The translations under genes and the position numbers were made by a program. The notes under the pieces are model-generated. The model made no database searches. It saw only the letters and a list, made by a program, of their open reading frames with translations, and had not been told where the DNA came from. This document shows positions 35,659 through 48,770 of a DNA stretch of 64,000 nucleotides, one piece after another. This DNA is from Haliotis rufescens (Eukaryota): assembly GCF_023055435.1 (NCBI RefSeq), contig NW_025963846.1:29078001-29142000 (forward strand), written 5' to 3'. Position 1 is the stretch's first letter. Each line of letters starts with the position of its first letter.

Positions 35659-36683
35659 CCTCTGAACAGTCTCAAGGAAATGCGACGTAGTACATTCAGT
35701 TGTTAGATTCAGTGACGTGTAATTATATTTAGACTGAGCACGTGGCTGGACTTGGCTGTGAGTCAGCCTGTCATGTCGTGCTTTCGTTTTCCTCTGTTGT
35801 GTATGAAAGGCCAGTAGGGCTTTTCCCGGAATGACACAAATTTGTTTAAAATGGACCACGACTTGTTTCATTAAAGAGCACCATGTAAATAGTATCTCGT
35901 TTATGGCCCAATGTCAAAGCCTGAAAAACAATTTTTTACTGCCTAACTCGAGGAAGTATTTCTGTGCAGTCAATGAAACTTGGTACATGTGATCACTTAT
36001 GTAAAAGAGTTTTAGTACACAATTATTGTACCTCCAGTCTTTGGCTCGTAAGCTTATAATCATCGGCAATTTCCGGAAGTAATCGTAAATGTCATTTTTT
36101 TTCCTATTTTAAATAAAGCCTTTCTCTGCAATTTATAAGATTGGCAGAACTAATAATTTCCATATTCAGTTTATTAATAAGTAGTATTTTCACTTTCTAT
36201 ATCTCGTAACGAAAATGTTTCACATTTTCCCATGGTGCATTTGTGTTATCATCTCATCTCGCGCCAAGCTCATGCTGATGTAGTGTCTTTTCCCAGCAAG
36301 CCATTTTCAACGTTTATACTTCATTTCCCAGAAAATAACGAGTCAGTACGCTCCCCATGCTGGCATCCTATTACTGTGATGTTTGTGATTTGTTTGCATA
36401 GACAAGATAGTTAATTAGCCGACGCTATACCACTGGACCACAGGCGCTATCACATGTGATCAGTGCTCGTTTAACGGGTCATTAGAATCCCCATTGACAT
36501 GCATGCGTAATCATTAAACGATGAATTGCGCATGCGTGTGACGTCACCGTCCGCTCTCCCATTCATCTTTCCTTGAAACCGCACCCGCAATTGTTTATGT
36601 CAACATGACCGACCATTGGGATTAACCGGATTAACGCTTGAAAAGGTAAGAATTTATGGCTAACCCTTGCCCAAAGCCAGCTG

Positions 36684-37043
36684 ACCCTAATGACCGAAAA
36701 GGGGTTTTGGATCGTAAAGACGTGTAAGTTTCCCTAAGACCGAAAACGGGTGTTGGATCGTAAAAACGTGTAAGTTTTCCTAAGACCGAAAAACGGGTGT
36801 TTGATCGTAAAGATGTGTAAGTTTCCCTAAGACCGAGAACGGGTGTTTGATTGTAAAGATGTGTAAGTTTCCCTAAGACCGAAAACGGGTGTTGGATCGT
36901 GAAGCGAGAGTCACCAGAGCGTGAGGCACGGTAACGGTATAACGAGACAGCGGTGGCACTATAGCGCGGTAATTGAGTGGATGGTAGAGCTCGGGCTGCG
37001 CCCGGTAAACTGCATTGTTGCCCCCGTTTTCGGTCTTGGGGGT
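36684..37043. repeat. ~46-bp tandem repeats (x5) closed by an inverted copy of the motif; MITE-like
   Basis: CCCTAAGACCGAAAACGGGTGTTGGATCGTAAAGATGTGTAAGTTT repeats to ~36900; CCCGTTTTCGGTCTTGGGG at ~37023-37041. Confidence 0.6.
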
Positions 37044-37619
37044 GAGTGCTGATCAGCAGCTACATTAATAATATTTCAACTTTTAATTACCAATCTAGTC
37101 ACTGTCCATTTATTTATTATCAGTATTAAGTCGTATTCAACTATATCATTCTATTTCATCAACCTGTAATTTCATATAACATTCCTTAGTTGTCACCATG
37201 TAAGTATGAACTATTCAGAGTAGGATATGTTGGTTTATCATGTAATTGATATGTATTTTCATCCTGGTGAATGTAACATCCTGACGGGAGTAATATCTAC
37301 GTCTGAATATTATTGTATGAAGTTCGTTATGAATTGAAATGCTTTTTCACCATATTCCCATATGTTAAGGATGCTAAGGAGCACTGACAACAGAGATGAT
37401 TCAACAATTGGTAATGGTTCTCATCAGGACCAGTTGCAGTGTCATGGGATTTATCAAGAGCTGCAGAGAGTTCATCAAGAGAAAGTGATTCATTATGATA
37501 TTCCAACTTGTCAGGGAAGTGTCAGGAGTGTAATTAGGAGAAGAAGAACAAGATGCTATTGTTTTCACTACTTTACGAGTCTTGTATACTTGTCAGAATA
37601 GTATCATGAACCTTGAGAT

Positions 37620-38400
37620 GATGCACACCGTGTCAAGATCACTTGCCCTTCATTTTCTGTATCATGTTCCACACTTTATTTAGAGGCGTTTGAGTACTTG
37701 TTTTAGAAACAAATGCATGCCAGGAAGAACGTTTTGTTCCTTTCATCGTCATATGAGCTTTTGCTCTTAATATTCTAAGGTTGTTGAGATGAGTCGGTGA
37801 TTGATTAGTATTAAAACGTTTTCAGCCTTTTCCCATCGTTTTCTAGCTTGTCTGCAGTCATCATTGAATCGTGGCTTTCTAATACGTGGAACTGTGGAGG
37901 ATTTAGGAATAGTGGTCATGGCGATATTGTTGACATCCTGTGAAAAGGATTCAATACGATCATCAACATTCTGATACGATTCAGATACAAATTTGTCAGT
38001 ACAGAACTTCTGGAATAGAGTCTAGTTAGCTTCACTGAAATTTCATCGAGAAACTGGAATCTCTTTGGTAGGTGTAACGATTTTAAGAAGTGTTTGAAAA
38101 TGATAGCTCCAACAAAGATCATCATGTACTGTCCATTCAAAATCATTCTAAAGTGAAGGATCTGCAATTGTAAGATCGAGGGCTGAATTTGTCCTTTTAG
38201 CTGGATGGAGGTAGGTATTTGAGTCATCATTACAAATACAGAATATTGTTGATAAGAAATTGTTCTATGATGCTGCCTTTGTTGTTCAATGGGTTGCTGC
38301 CCCAAAGGGGACTGTGTCCATGCAAATCGCCCATTATTAGGAAGGGTATGGGAAGTTGATCGACCAAATTCTGAAATGTCACGAGTTGTGTAGAAGAAGA
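37620..38400 (-). mobile_element. Decayed I-group LINE endonuclease fragment
   Basis: QLPIPFLIMGDLHGHSPLWGS..NNKGSIIEQF (APE); downstream TIPKS..PRFNDDC motif. Confidence 0.75.
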
Positions 38401-39046
38401 AGGTTGGTTGGTTTGTTGTTTAACGCAGCACTCAGCAATATTACTGCTATATGATGGCGGTCTGTAAATAATCGAGTCTGGACCAGACAATCCAGTGATT
38501 GACTTCATGAGCATCGATCCAAGTAATTTGGATCAATGACATGCATCAACCAAGTCAGCGAGCCTGACCACCCGATCCCGTTAGCAGCCTTTTACGACAA
38601 ACATAGTTGCTTTTTACGGCAAGCATGGGTTATTCAGAAAGAGTATAAATCCCGCGTCAATGAACTGTGTCTGAGCCCTTACTGGTCCCGGGAACGCCAA
38701 GAGGAGTTTTCCTCCTAAATATCACATTTGGAGCTCCGGGCCAACACCTTCTATTCAGAATGTTCTTCATAGAAATTGAGTTGCCCCATAGATCAATAAA
38801 TTACTTATCAGTTGACCTCAAATGGAGCTTCCTGAATTTCAAGCGAACATATTCAGTGCCGTACTTAGCCGGGGGCAGGAGGGGCAGTTGCCCCCCTGGA
38901 TTTTTTATAGAAAACACTTTTCCTTATGTGAACCTATTACTAATGTGACTAGGAGCATTATATAAAGAAGGAAAGATTTTATAACCTCTGGTTAATTGGT
39001 GTATTCAAAGGAACAAAGGCAGACGTAAAAGATACCATTATTATTA

Positions 39047-39313
39047 GGGACCGGTCATTTATTACATGGTGGGGTGAGTCAGAGGGTTTCGTTGCACTAC
39101 CGTACTGAAAATAATAACCCTCCCTTAATGCTTGTCATGAACAGTTTTGAATGACCCTCCCCATGTCCTTGTACATTTTACAGTACCCCCCCCCCCCCCC
39201 CCCCCAAATATGACCCTCCTCTGATTCCCTCTGACCTGACACCCTCCACCCCCACACACACACTGCCTGCCACCACCACCACCCTACACCACCCCTAAAA
39301 AATGACTGGTCCC
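39047..39313. mobile_element. PIF/Harbinger-like MITE
   Basis: TIR GGGACC(G/A)GTCATTT; flanks TTA and TTG (possible mutated TWA TSD). Confidence 0.65.
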
Positions 39314-40169
39314 TTGATCTAAACTTTAAAGAAAGGTAAAAGATGTTTTGTTACACTTGAATGACATGTAAAACTGAATAAAACAGTATTTTTTAAACAT
39401 AATACCTGAAACATTTTGTTCCTTCAAATGTCATATCACAAATGCAAGAATATTCTTAAGGATAAATATGATCAAACGATTCAGAGAAAAAGAAAAAGAA
39501 AGACTCACAGAAAAAGTCAATATTACAGTACGTTTTCACCTTAACACTAAAATGCCATTTTGTGCAGATATGTACGCAGCGGATCATGTGGTCAGGCTCG
39601 CTTATTTGGTTTATGCATGTCATTGTATCCCAATTACGTGGATCGATGCTCATGACATCAATCACTGGATTGTCTGGTCCAGACTCGATTTATTACAGAC
39701 GACGTCATGTAGCTGGAATATTGCTGAGTGCGGCGTAAACAACAATTAAAGTTCCAAAGTGCGGAATAGAAACCTAGCTGAAAACAACGAATTCTTGGCA
39801 GCTTCCAGTTCGGAACATTCTGTCGTACCCTATCAGTAATTATCGGTTAGAGTGTTTGTATTAGACCCCTTTTATTGTCTTATTAAGTGGAAACCTAAAA
39901 CTCTGTTGAATTTAATTGTCAATTGCTCATTGATCGTGATCGGTCATTTACTGATTTCACAGTTTAGTTCTTTACCTACAGATTTCATTCAGTCTTATAG
40001 CTCGGCCTTGAGTCGGCACACATCTGTATATTTCGGGCCTAAATCCCCACCAACCCGCGTTGTCAACAGGCTATATTAAGGAGGGGACTGGCCACAGTAA
40101 CAACGTGTGAACATAGGCATAATGACAGAAAGCGCACGTAAAATCTCAAAATAGTCATGACAGTCATAG

Positions 40170-40523
40170 CAGGTGAGGTGAAATTGGGTTTAACGTCGCG
40201 TCCAAGATTATTGCACTTATATAGCGACGTGCATGTACGTGTGTTTGTGTGTGTGGCTGCTTGTACTAGTCCGGACTGATGCCGATATATATGGCTAGCC
40301 CACTGAGATACCATGCCGCAGTTTAACATGAATACCCCACTCAGACACAGTGTACTGACTCCCAGCCGACCAGTACTTGTTTTAGCCCCTTAATGCCGAG
40401 CAACCGAGGGGGTAACAACAAGTACCATCTTTTAACGTCTTTTGGTATGACGCGGCCGGGGATCGAGCCCCGGACCTTCCGCTCTCCGGGCGGACGCTCT
40501 ACCACTAGACCACGGAGGCGGTC
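40170..40523 (-). mobile_element. tRNA-derived SINE family 3 (V-SINE-like); other copies ~47468-47833 and ~55261-55630
   Basis: Head GACCGCCTCCGTGGTCTAGTGGTAGAGCG..GGCTCGATCCCC (A/B boxes), CATACCAAAAGACGTTAAAA.ATGGTACTTG body, (CACCT)n tail. Confidence 0.82.
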
Positions 40524-40690
40524 GAGAGTCATAGCAACTGATTCAGGACACCAACCATAGGCTCAGTTAACCGAAATACACAGAAGTAGGTGCGATAGTC
40601 ACAACAATTGAATGAGTTAATACAGAACGTCGCGACAAAAACATTTCCATAATCACAAGGAATCTCTGCTAAAATCGGAGTCCATTGTTC

Positions 40691-41720
40691 TACGTGTTAT
40701 CAAGCTGTAACTGCTGGAATATTGCTCCAGGTACGTGTTATCATGCTGTAACTGCTGGAATATTGCTCCGGGTACGTGTTATCATGCTGTAGCTGCTGGA
40801 ATATCGCTCCGGGAACGTGTTATCATGCTGTAGCTGCTGGAATATTAATCCGGATACGTGTTATCATGCTGTAGCTGCTGGAATATCGCTCCGGGTACGT
40901 GTTATCATGCTGTAGCTGCTGGAATATCGCTCCGGGTACGTGTTATCATGCTGTAACTGCTGGAATATCGCTCCGGGTACGTGTTATCATGCTGTAGCTG
41001 CTGGAATATCGCTCCGGGAACGTGTTATCATGCTGTAGCTGCTGGAATATCGCTCCGGGAACGTGTTATCATGCGTTAGCTGCTGGAATATCGCTCCGGG
41101 TACGTGGTATCATGCTGTAGCTGCTGCAATATTAATCCGGATACGTGTTATCATGCTGTAGCTGCTGGAATATCGCTCCGGGTACGTGTTATCATGCTGT
41201 AGCTGCTGGAATATTGCTCCGGGTACGTGTTATCATGCTGTAACTGCTGGAATATTGCTCCGGGTAAGTGTTATCATGCTGTAGCTGCTGGAATATCGCT
41301 CCGGCAACGTGTTATCATGCGTTAGCTGCTGGAATATCGCTCCGGGTACGTGGTATCATGCTGTAGCTGCTGGAATATTAATCCGGATACGTGTTATAAT
41401 GCTGTAGCTGCTGGAATATCGCTCCGGGTACGTGTTATCATGCTGTAGCTGCTGGAATATCGCTCCGGGTACGTGTTATCATGCTGTAGCTGCTGGAATA
41501 TCGCTCCGGGTACGTGTTATCATGCTGTAGCTGCTGGAATATCTCTCCGGGAACGTGTTATCATGCTGTAGCTGCTGGAATATCGCTCCGGGTACGTGTT
41601 ATCATGCTGTAGCTGCTGGAATATCGCTCCGGGTACGTGGTATCATGCTGTAGCTGCTGCAATATTAATCCGGATACGTGTTATCATGCTGTATTTGCTG
41701 GAATATCGCTCCGGATACGT
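40691..41720. repeat. 41-bp satellite array 2 (~25 units)
   Basis: Same monomer with private variants such as TATTAATCCGGATACG. Confidence 0.97.
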
Positions 41721-41911
41721 CTTGATAACACAAGTCCGTCTGCGGGTGAACAATGTTTTATTGTGAGCTCTTCAACGGGTGCTCAACTCCCAGTTCCAAA
41801 CTGCCCAACTTGCGCTCGTTTACATGCATCTACCTTCATCTGCTTCTGTTCAGCGATATATCGCCCGGCGCACACTGCATGCGACACACTCTTATAGTAC
41901 ATGTGGTATAC

Positions 41912-42195
41912 TGGAGTGGGTGAGTGAGTTGGGTTAAACGCCGCTTTCAACAGTATTCCAGTTATATCACGGCATGTCAGCTTTATGTGGGGGGAAAGCC
42001 CGAAGTGATGCAGGTCTCTGACGTTTACCACTTTGATGAAATCCAAGAGCACGGGTATGGTGCTGACAAACCTAGAAACATAATCGGAGCGAACCGGGAT
42101 TCGAACCCACAATCATAGGTTTCTGGCGTGCCCAAGGGACGCAACTCTGCACAGCGAATCGCGGCGCCTTGGACGACTGGGCCACCCGTGCCCCC
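41912..42195 (-). mobile_element. SINE family 1 copy (also 49271-49554, 56986-57269; variant copies 48243-48522, 56040-56319)
   Basis: Near-identical to 5295-5578. Confidence 0.85.
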
Positions 42196-44107
42196 GGTAT
42201 ACTAGATATTGCACTTGATAAACGGTATACTGCATGTAATATACGTTTCGGTCGTGACAAAGGTCATGCCCACACGTCCTCAATAAGGGTTGTGAATGAT
42301 GTACAGTGGACAATCGATATGAGTGCATACAAAAATGAATTGTTTGCAAACATTGTCTAATTGCTGAGCAATAATTATTATAGATAGACATGGATTTTGA
42401 ATTGAATTTGCTGTGGACAACTTTTTTTCTTTAATAATGTAGAATACGACTAACTAAATACAATAAATACATACATCCATGATATAGAATCAAGCAAATA
42501 AACATACGAATGCTTATGCTGGTTGATAAGAATTGGGCATCAGCAATGAAAACATTGCTTGATACGAAAAAAACTCTAAGCCTGACTAACTTTCATCTAT
42601 GGGCCATTACAACAATCAATGTAGTACATTGTTTGATTAGTTCATTGCCCGTGTATTTGATCTGTTGAGGCCGTTTGCATATTTGTGATGGCCAGTTGAA
42701 CATAATTAAAGTTTAGTGCGTCAACATTTTCCTCAGTCTGATGCTATTCAAATGGTGATGGTAGTATCGTGAAATCTGAAGAAGCTAACATATTCGTGTG
42801 TATTTATTCAAGTAAGATATGTGTAAGGACCTGGTTCTATGCCACAATAGTTTGTAATGTTGTTGTTTGTTATATATGATTGTTTTTATGACAACAGTGT
42901 GTGGCATTGTGAAGCATGCTTAAGTGCGTGTATGTCATATTTCACTGAAACCCAGTAATGCGGTTCAATACCACTGGAGATAGAACTGGGTCGATCCCGA
43001 CGCCCACCGACTACTGGAACGTGGGGTTGGGGTGGGGTGGGGTCGGGTGGGGTGGGGTGGGGTGGGGTGGGAGAACAATGGTCGTTACAGTTATGAATGG
43101 GGCAAGGGCGATCGGAGGGAGTAGAGATGGCAGGCTGGACGGGAGTAGATGGGATAATTTGGGAGGGGTGTGGGGTGTGGGGGGGGTGGGGGGGGGGGTC
43201 GGGGGTCGGGGGAGTCTTATTTGCACGTTTGGGTTTACGGCGGATCCTCAAAGTAAAAGAAGATTTACTGGTGGGTGCACCATCATCGGAGCTTGTAGTT
43301 TTAAACGAGGAAAGAGACATTGTAACTTACAGACTTAACAAGAACGACAAAGTTGTATTCACACTTACCCAGAGGAAATATAAAACTGTAAACACAAAAC
43401 ACTAAAAGTCACCAAGTCACTGACACATGGCATTGAGTTCAGTTGGAATGTTTTGCCTTTGATGAAGTCCTTGGTTTTCTTTTAGTTACTGCGCGGACAG
43501 GGCTTCGCATGTAGGGGTCGTTGTTCATGCATTGCTTGCAGCTTTGGAAAGTGGAGTCCAAGGGTACTAGTTGTTCTTCACATCAGTTTGCCGTAAACCA
43601 CACATCACAGTTATAATATGTGACAGAATCCTTTTCACCAAGCTACAAAGTGTCTGAATTGTGGTTTAAGTGGCACAATTGACAGACAGTGTGGTCAACT
43701 GATCTCCTATTCACGATGTTGGTGGCTGCCTTCGTCAAGCTGACTTGTGCTGTAGGCTCAGGAAGGAAGGGTATCGTCAACAGCTGGCTCCCTACATACC
43801 ACATACACAGTGTCACTTCATATTGGAGTGTCCCAGTGATGCCTCATCCATAGAAATAGATTGGTGATCCAGTGAATTTTGAGAAATATATCCCTCTATC
43901 AAGTCGTGATTGTTGTGGTGAAAATGTTACACCAGACTTCCAACAAGGATGTTCCAATACATTTATGACAATACTCGTTCAAAGTAATCTCCTGCATGAA
44001 AATGATTTGCGCAACTATAGATACTGTAGGAGACAATGTAGACTACTTCAGAATTCAAGTCATTTCCTCGGTGATCTGTTTGAGTAAATGCAAGACAGGC
44101 TCCCTTT

Positions 44108-45121
44108 TCACTGGCGACGCAGGAACACACCAATACCAACACCAATACCAATCGCACAGATTGCAAGGTAGCCATAAGCCAGTTTCATCAAAACAGGATC
44201 CGAGTAAACTGTTTTCAGCATTTCACAAACTTGTTCTGCAGTTGGGCGTTTGGACATGTCTCTCTGTAAGGCTGCCTTGATCACGTCTCCCAGTCCCTGA
44301 TCAGCGACATGACGGAGTTCTATTTCCCCTCTTACCTCGGCCAGACGGCGTCCATTGTAGTAGGCAACTAGTTTGTTGTCGTCAAATTCAGGACGCAATA
44401 AAGCAAAGGCGATAGCGCCAAGAGAGAAAATATCACTTTTCACTGTCAGAGCCGCTTCAGGGGGTGAAAAACAAGTTTCTCCTGTCCCATCGTTCTCGTC
44501 ATGTTCCCCATCTTCCCCGTCATGTACGCCAAAATGTCCCCCGTCATGTACGCCAAAATGTCCCCCGTCATGTACGCCAAAATGTCCCCCGTCATGTACG
44601 CTAAAATGTCCCCCGTCATGATCCCCGCCATGTCTCCTGTCACGTTCCAGGCCACGTCTCCCGTCATATTCCGATAACGAGCGAGCCGATCCAAATCCTG
44701 CTATTTTATAAACCGCTCGATTGTACCATGTCACAAGGATGTTTTCTGGCTGCAGGTTACGGTGTTCTATGCGCAAGTTATGAAGAAACTCCAATCCACT
44801 GCCAATGTCGGTTACGACAGAACGACAGTCGGCCTCGTCTAGAGGATTCTTCGAGTTTGAACGTTTACTCACATACTGGTCCAGGCTGCCTTCCTCGCAA
44901 TATTCAAAGGTCAGTGTGAAGCCATCTGCAGTAAAACCTTCACCAATCATCTTGACAATGTTCTTGGCCCCTTCAGATTCTGCACATTGTCGGAGTATGT
45001 TCTTTTCGGCGGCTGCTTGACGTTGTGAGCAGACAAGTACTTTCTCAACAACCATCTTGTTACCTTTCTTTTCCTTGCGCACTCTTGAGAACCGACCAGG
45101 AACAAGTTCTATTCCCGCCAT
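44108..45121 (-). CDS. Tail-anchored pseudokinase A2 (337 aa)
   Basis: Intact ORF; HRN/GFG; 4 octarepeats; TM followed by RRQ. Confidence 0.92.
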   Translation of the reverse strand: MAGIELVPGRFSRVRKEKKGNKMVVEKVLVCSQRQAAAEKNILRQCAESEGAKNIVKMIGEGFTADGFTLTFEYCEEGSLDQYVSKRSNSKNPLDEADCRSVVTDIGSGLEFLHNLRIEHRNLQPENILVTWYNRAVYKIAGFGSARSLSEYDGRRGLERDRRHGGDHDGGHFSVHDGGHFGVHDGGHFGVHDGGHFGVHDGEDGEHDENDGTGETCFSPPEAALTVKSDIFSLGAIAFALLRPEFDDNKLVAYYNGRRLAEVRGEIELRHVADQGLGDVIKAALQRDMSKRPTAEQVCEMLKTVYSDPVLMKLAYGYLAICAIGIGVGIGVFLRRQ

Positions 45122-46020
45122 TCTTCGTATTCGTGGAATACAACTCCTCTGAACAGTCTCAAGGAAATGCGACGTAGTAGTTAGATTCGGTGACGTGAAG
45201 TTATATTTAGACTGAACACCTGACCGAGAGTCAGTAGGTCAGGTCGTGGTTCAGATAACCCCTGTTGTTATCTAAGGCCATCAGGACGACCATCCTTCGT
45301 CACTACTCGCCTCTTTCCGTAGCTTGTCCCGGAATGAACCACGACATGTGGTATTCAGCAGCACCATGTAAACAGTTTATCAAGGCCATTGATCGAAAAA
45401 TACTGATTACCTCGTAATTTGATGAGGATTTACTGTACAGTCAATTACTTAGCGTGGGATCCAAATCGAGAAGGGCCAGAGTCACCTGTGTATAAGGTCA
45501 TGTCACAGTAAAGGTCAATATTACAGAATGTTTGCAATGCAGGGTTGTTATTTGAATACTTAACACTTATGAGCGACGAGTGTTGACAATCTTATGATAC
45601 GAGGAGTTGGTCATGGTCTTGGCCTTTGATGGAGTCCTTGGCTTTATTTTTGGTCCTTTGCTTATTTTGGTTTTCGCACGGACACGGGATTTGCATGTAG
45701 GGGTCGTTGTTCATCCGTTGCTTGTGGCTGTGGAAGGTGGAGTCCAAGGGCACTTGTTTTTGGTCTTCACATCAGTTTGCTGTAAACCACACATCACAGT
45801 TATAATATGTGACAGAATCCTTTTCACAAAGCTACAAAGTGGCCGAATTGTGGTATCCGTGGCACCATTGACAGACAGTGTGGTCAACTAAATCTCCCAT
45901 TCACAATGTTAGTGGTTGGTTGTATTGTGGACTCCACAGCTGGCTCTCTACATATCCACACAGTTTCACTTCATATTGATCCATAGAAATATATTGGGAT
46001 AATGATCTCGTTAATTTTTT

Positions 46021-46887
46021 CTAAATTATATCCCATTGTTTCAGTGTTATTTCTGAAATATATGCAGACACAACTACAACGCCGCCAAAAATCAGAATAT
46101 TCCACCACGTGTAACCTGTATTCAGCATTGAACAAACTTGTTCTGCTGTTGGGCGTCCAACTATATCTCCTTTTAAGGCTTCATTGATGATGTCTCGCAG
46201 TCTCTGGTCAGTGATGTGACGGAGGTCTATTTCCCCTGCCATCTTGGCCAGATGACGTCCACCATAGTAGGCAACTAGTTTGTCGTTGACAAATTGCGGA
46301 CTCCATAAAGCATAGGTGACAGCTCCAAGGGAGAAAATATCACTTTTCTTGTCCAGAGCCCCTTCAGGGGGCAAAAAACAAGAGTCTTCAGTCGCATCTA
46401 ACCCACCATGTTCCTCAACTCTCCTGTTATTTCTCCTGGCCTTGCGACGAGCTGCCGATCCAAATCCTCCTATTTTATAAACAGGTTTACTGTATGACGT
46501 CACAAGGATGTTTTCTGGCAGTAGGTTGCCGTGTATGATATCAATGTGGTGAAGAAACTGCAAACCACTGGCAATGTCGGTCATGAAAGAACGACAGTCG
46601 GCTGCATTCGGAGGTTTCTTCATGAATAAACGTTTACTCACATATTGGTTCAGGTTGCCTTCCTCGCAATATTCCAAGATCATTGTGACGCCTTTTGCAG
46701 GAAAAGCGTCATAAATCTTGACAATGTTTTTGGCCCCTTCAGATTCTGCGCATTGTCGGAGTATATTCTTTTCGGCGTCTGCAATCGGCTGTGGACACGA
46801 AAATGCTTTCACAAGCACCGTTTTGTTACCTATGTTAAAGTTCCTCAATGTTGAGAACCGACCTTGAACCAGCTCTGTTTCCTTCAT
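46021..46887 (-). CDS. Tail-anchored pseudokinase B2 (288 aa)
   Basis: Intact ORF; HGN/GFG; 3 aa differences from B1. Confidence 0.92.
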   Translation of the reverse strand: MKETELVQGRFSTLRNFNIGNKTVLVKAFSCPQPIADAEKNILRQCAESEGAKNIVKIYDAFPAKGVTMILEYCEEGNLNQYVSKRLFMKKPPNAADCRSFMTDIASGLQFLHHIDIIHGNLLPENILVTSYSKPVYKIGGFGSAARRKARRNNRRVEEHGGLDATEDSCFLPPEGALDKKSDIFSLGAVTYALWSPQFVNDKLVAYYGGRHLAKMAGEIDLRHITDQRLRDIINEALKGDIVGRPTAEQVCSMLNTGYTWWNILIFGGVVVVSAYISEITLKQWDII

Positions 46888-47517
46888 TTTTCGTATGCCT
46901 GGAATATGACTCCTCTGAATAATCTCAAGGAAATGCGACGAAGTACAGTTAGATTCAATGGCGCGTAGTTATATTTAGACTGAACACCTGACTGTGAGTC
47001 AGCCAGTCAGGTCGTGGTTCAGATAACCCTTGTTGTTACCTAAGCCCGTCAGGACTACCATCGTTCGTCACTACTCGCCTCTCTCCGTAGCTTGTCCCGG
47101 AATAACACGAGTTGGCCACGAATGAATCACTTGATATATTTAGTAACACAATGTTAATATTATCTCCATTATAGCCCAAGGCCATAGCCTGAAGAGCTCA
47201 CACCAAAAAATCGATATTACAGTACGTTTTCACCTTATCACTAAAATGCCATTTGGTGCAGATATGTACTCAGCGGGTCATGTGGTCAGGCTCGCTGATT
47301 TGGTTAATTCATGTCATCGTGTCCCAATTGCGTGGATCGATGCTCATGACATCAATCACTGGATTGTCTGGTCCAGACTCGATTAATTACAGACGGCGTC
47401 ATGTACCTGGAATGTTGATGAGTGCGGCGTAAACAACAAAGTTGCAAAGTACAGAATGGAGACCTAGTTGAGGTGAGGTGAGGTGAAATTGGGTTTAAAC
47501 GTCGCGTCCAAGATTAC

Positions 47518-47561
<44 letters not shown>

Positions 47562-48770
47562 TCTGCTGCTTGTACTAGTCCGGACTGATGCCGATTTATA
47601 GTGCTAGCCCATTGAGATACCATGCCACAGTTTAACATGAATACCCCACTCAGACACAGTATACTGACTCCGAGCCGACTAGTCCTTGTTTTATCCCCTT
47701 AATGCCGAGCACCAGACAGGGTAACAACAAGTACCATATTTTAACGTCTTTTGGTATGACGCGGCCGGGGATCGAGCCCCGGACCTTCCGCTCTCCGGGC
47801 GGACGCTCTACCACTAGACCACGGAGGCGGTCGACAGTCATAGCAACTGATTCAGGACACCAACCATGGGCTCAGTTAACCGAAATACACAGAAGTAGGT
47901 GCGATAGTCATAACAATTGAATGAGTTAATACAGAACGTCGCGACAAAGCATTTCCATAATCACAAGGAATCTCTGCTAAAATCGGAGTCCAGTGTTCTA
48001 TTCCGCCTATATCGTAATCAAGCACGTGTTGTTAATCACTATAGCGATGCTACTGGACTAACATCTAGTCTCTGAAGTGAACGTATCTCACAGAAAAACA
48101 ACAGTTGTTAAATTATCTTAATAAAAATATAATAAAAATGAACCCAGAGACTCTCTTCATTTCGTAGATACCTTATGCTGCAGTAATCTAGACTTGCCAA
48201 CGTTATAGACTTACATGGGCTGTATTGAATATATTTGTATTAGTGAGTAAAGGAGTTGGATTTAACGCCGCTTTTAGCAGTATTCCAGTTATATCGCGGC
48301 GTGTCAGCTTAATGTGGGAGGAAAGCCCGAAGTGATGCACGCCTCAGACGTTTACCACTTCGGTGAAACCCACGAGCACGGGTATGGTTCTGACAAACCT
48401 AGAAACATAATTAGGGCGAACCGGGATTCGAACCCACAATCATAGGTTTCTGGTGTGCCCAAGGGACGCAACTCTGCAGAGCGAATCGCTGGGCCTTAGA
48501 CGACTGGGCCACCCGTGCCCCCTTATTTGTATTAGGGTATGTATGACAGACTATGATGCTACCAGGTATTCTTGATAAGGTGAGCCTATCCTGTCCTATC
48601 GGTGGCAACCCGTCACAAACACACGCAACGGCAAATCAAACGTTCACATGTAAACCATAAAACTTCCCTATTAAGGCCTTCTATGTTGTAACCCTGATCA
48701 AACAATTTTTGGCCAAGAGTCTTACGACGCTGTTTGAAATCTACATAGAAAGGGCATGCTCGGACCACAA

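Noticed and set aside
40440-40523. Functional tRNA genes (also ~5480-5578)
   Set aside because: The heads run into SINE bodies and simple-repeat tails; no complete cloverleaf is evident.
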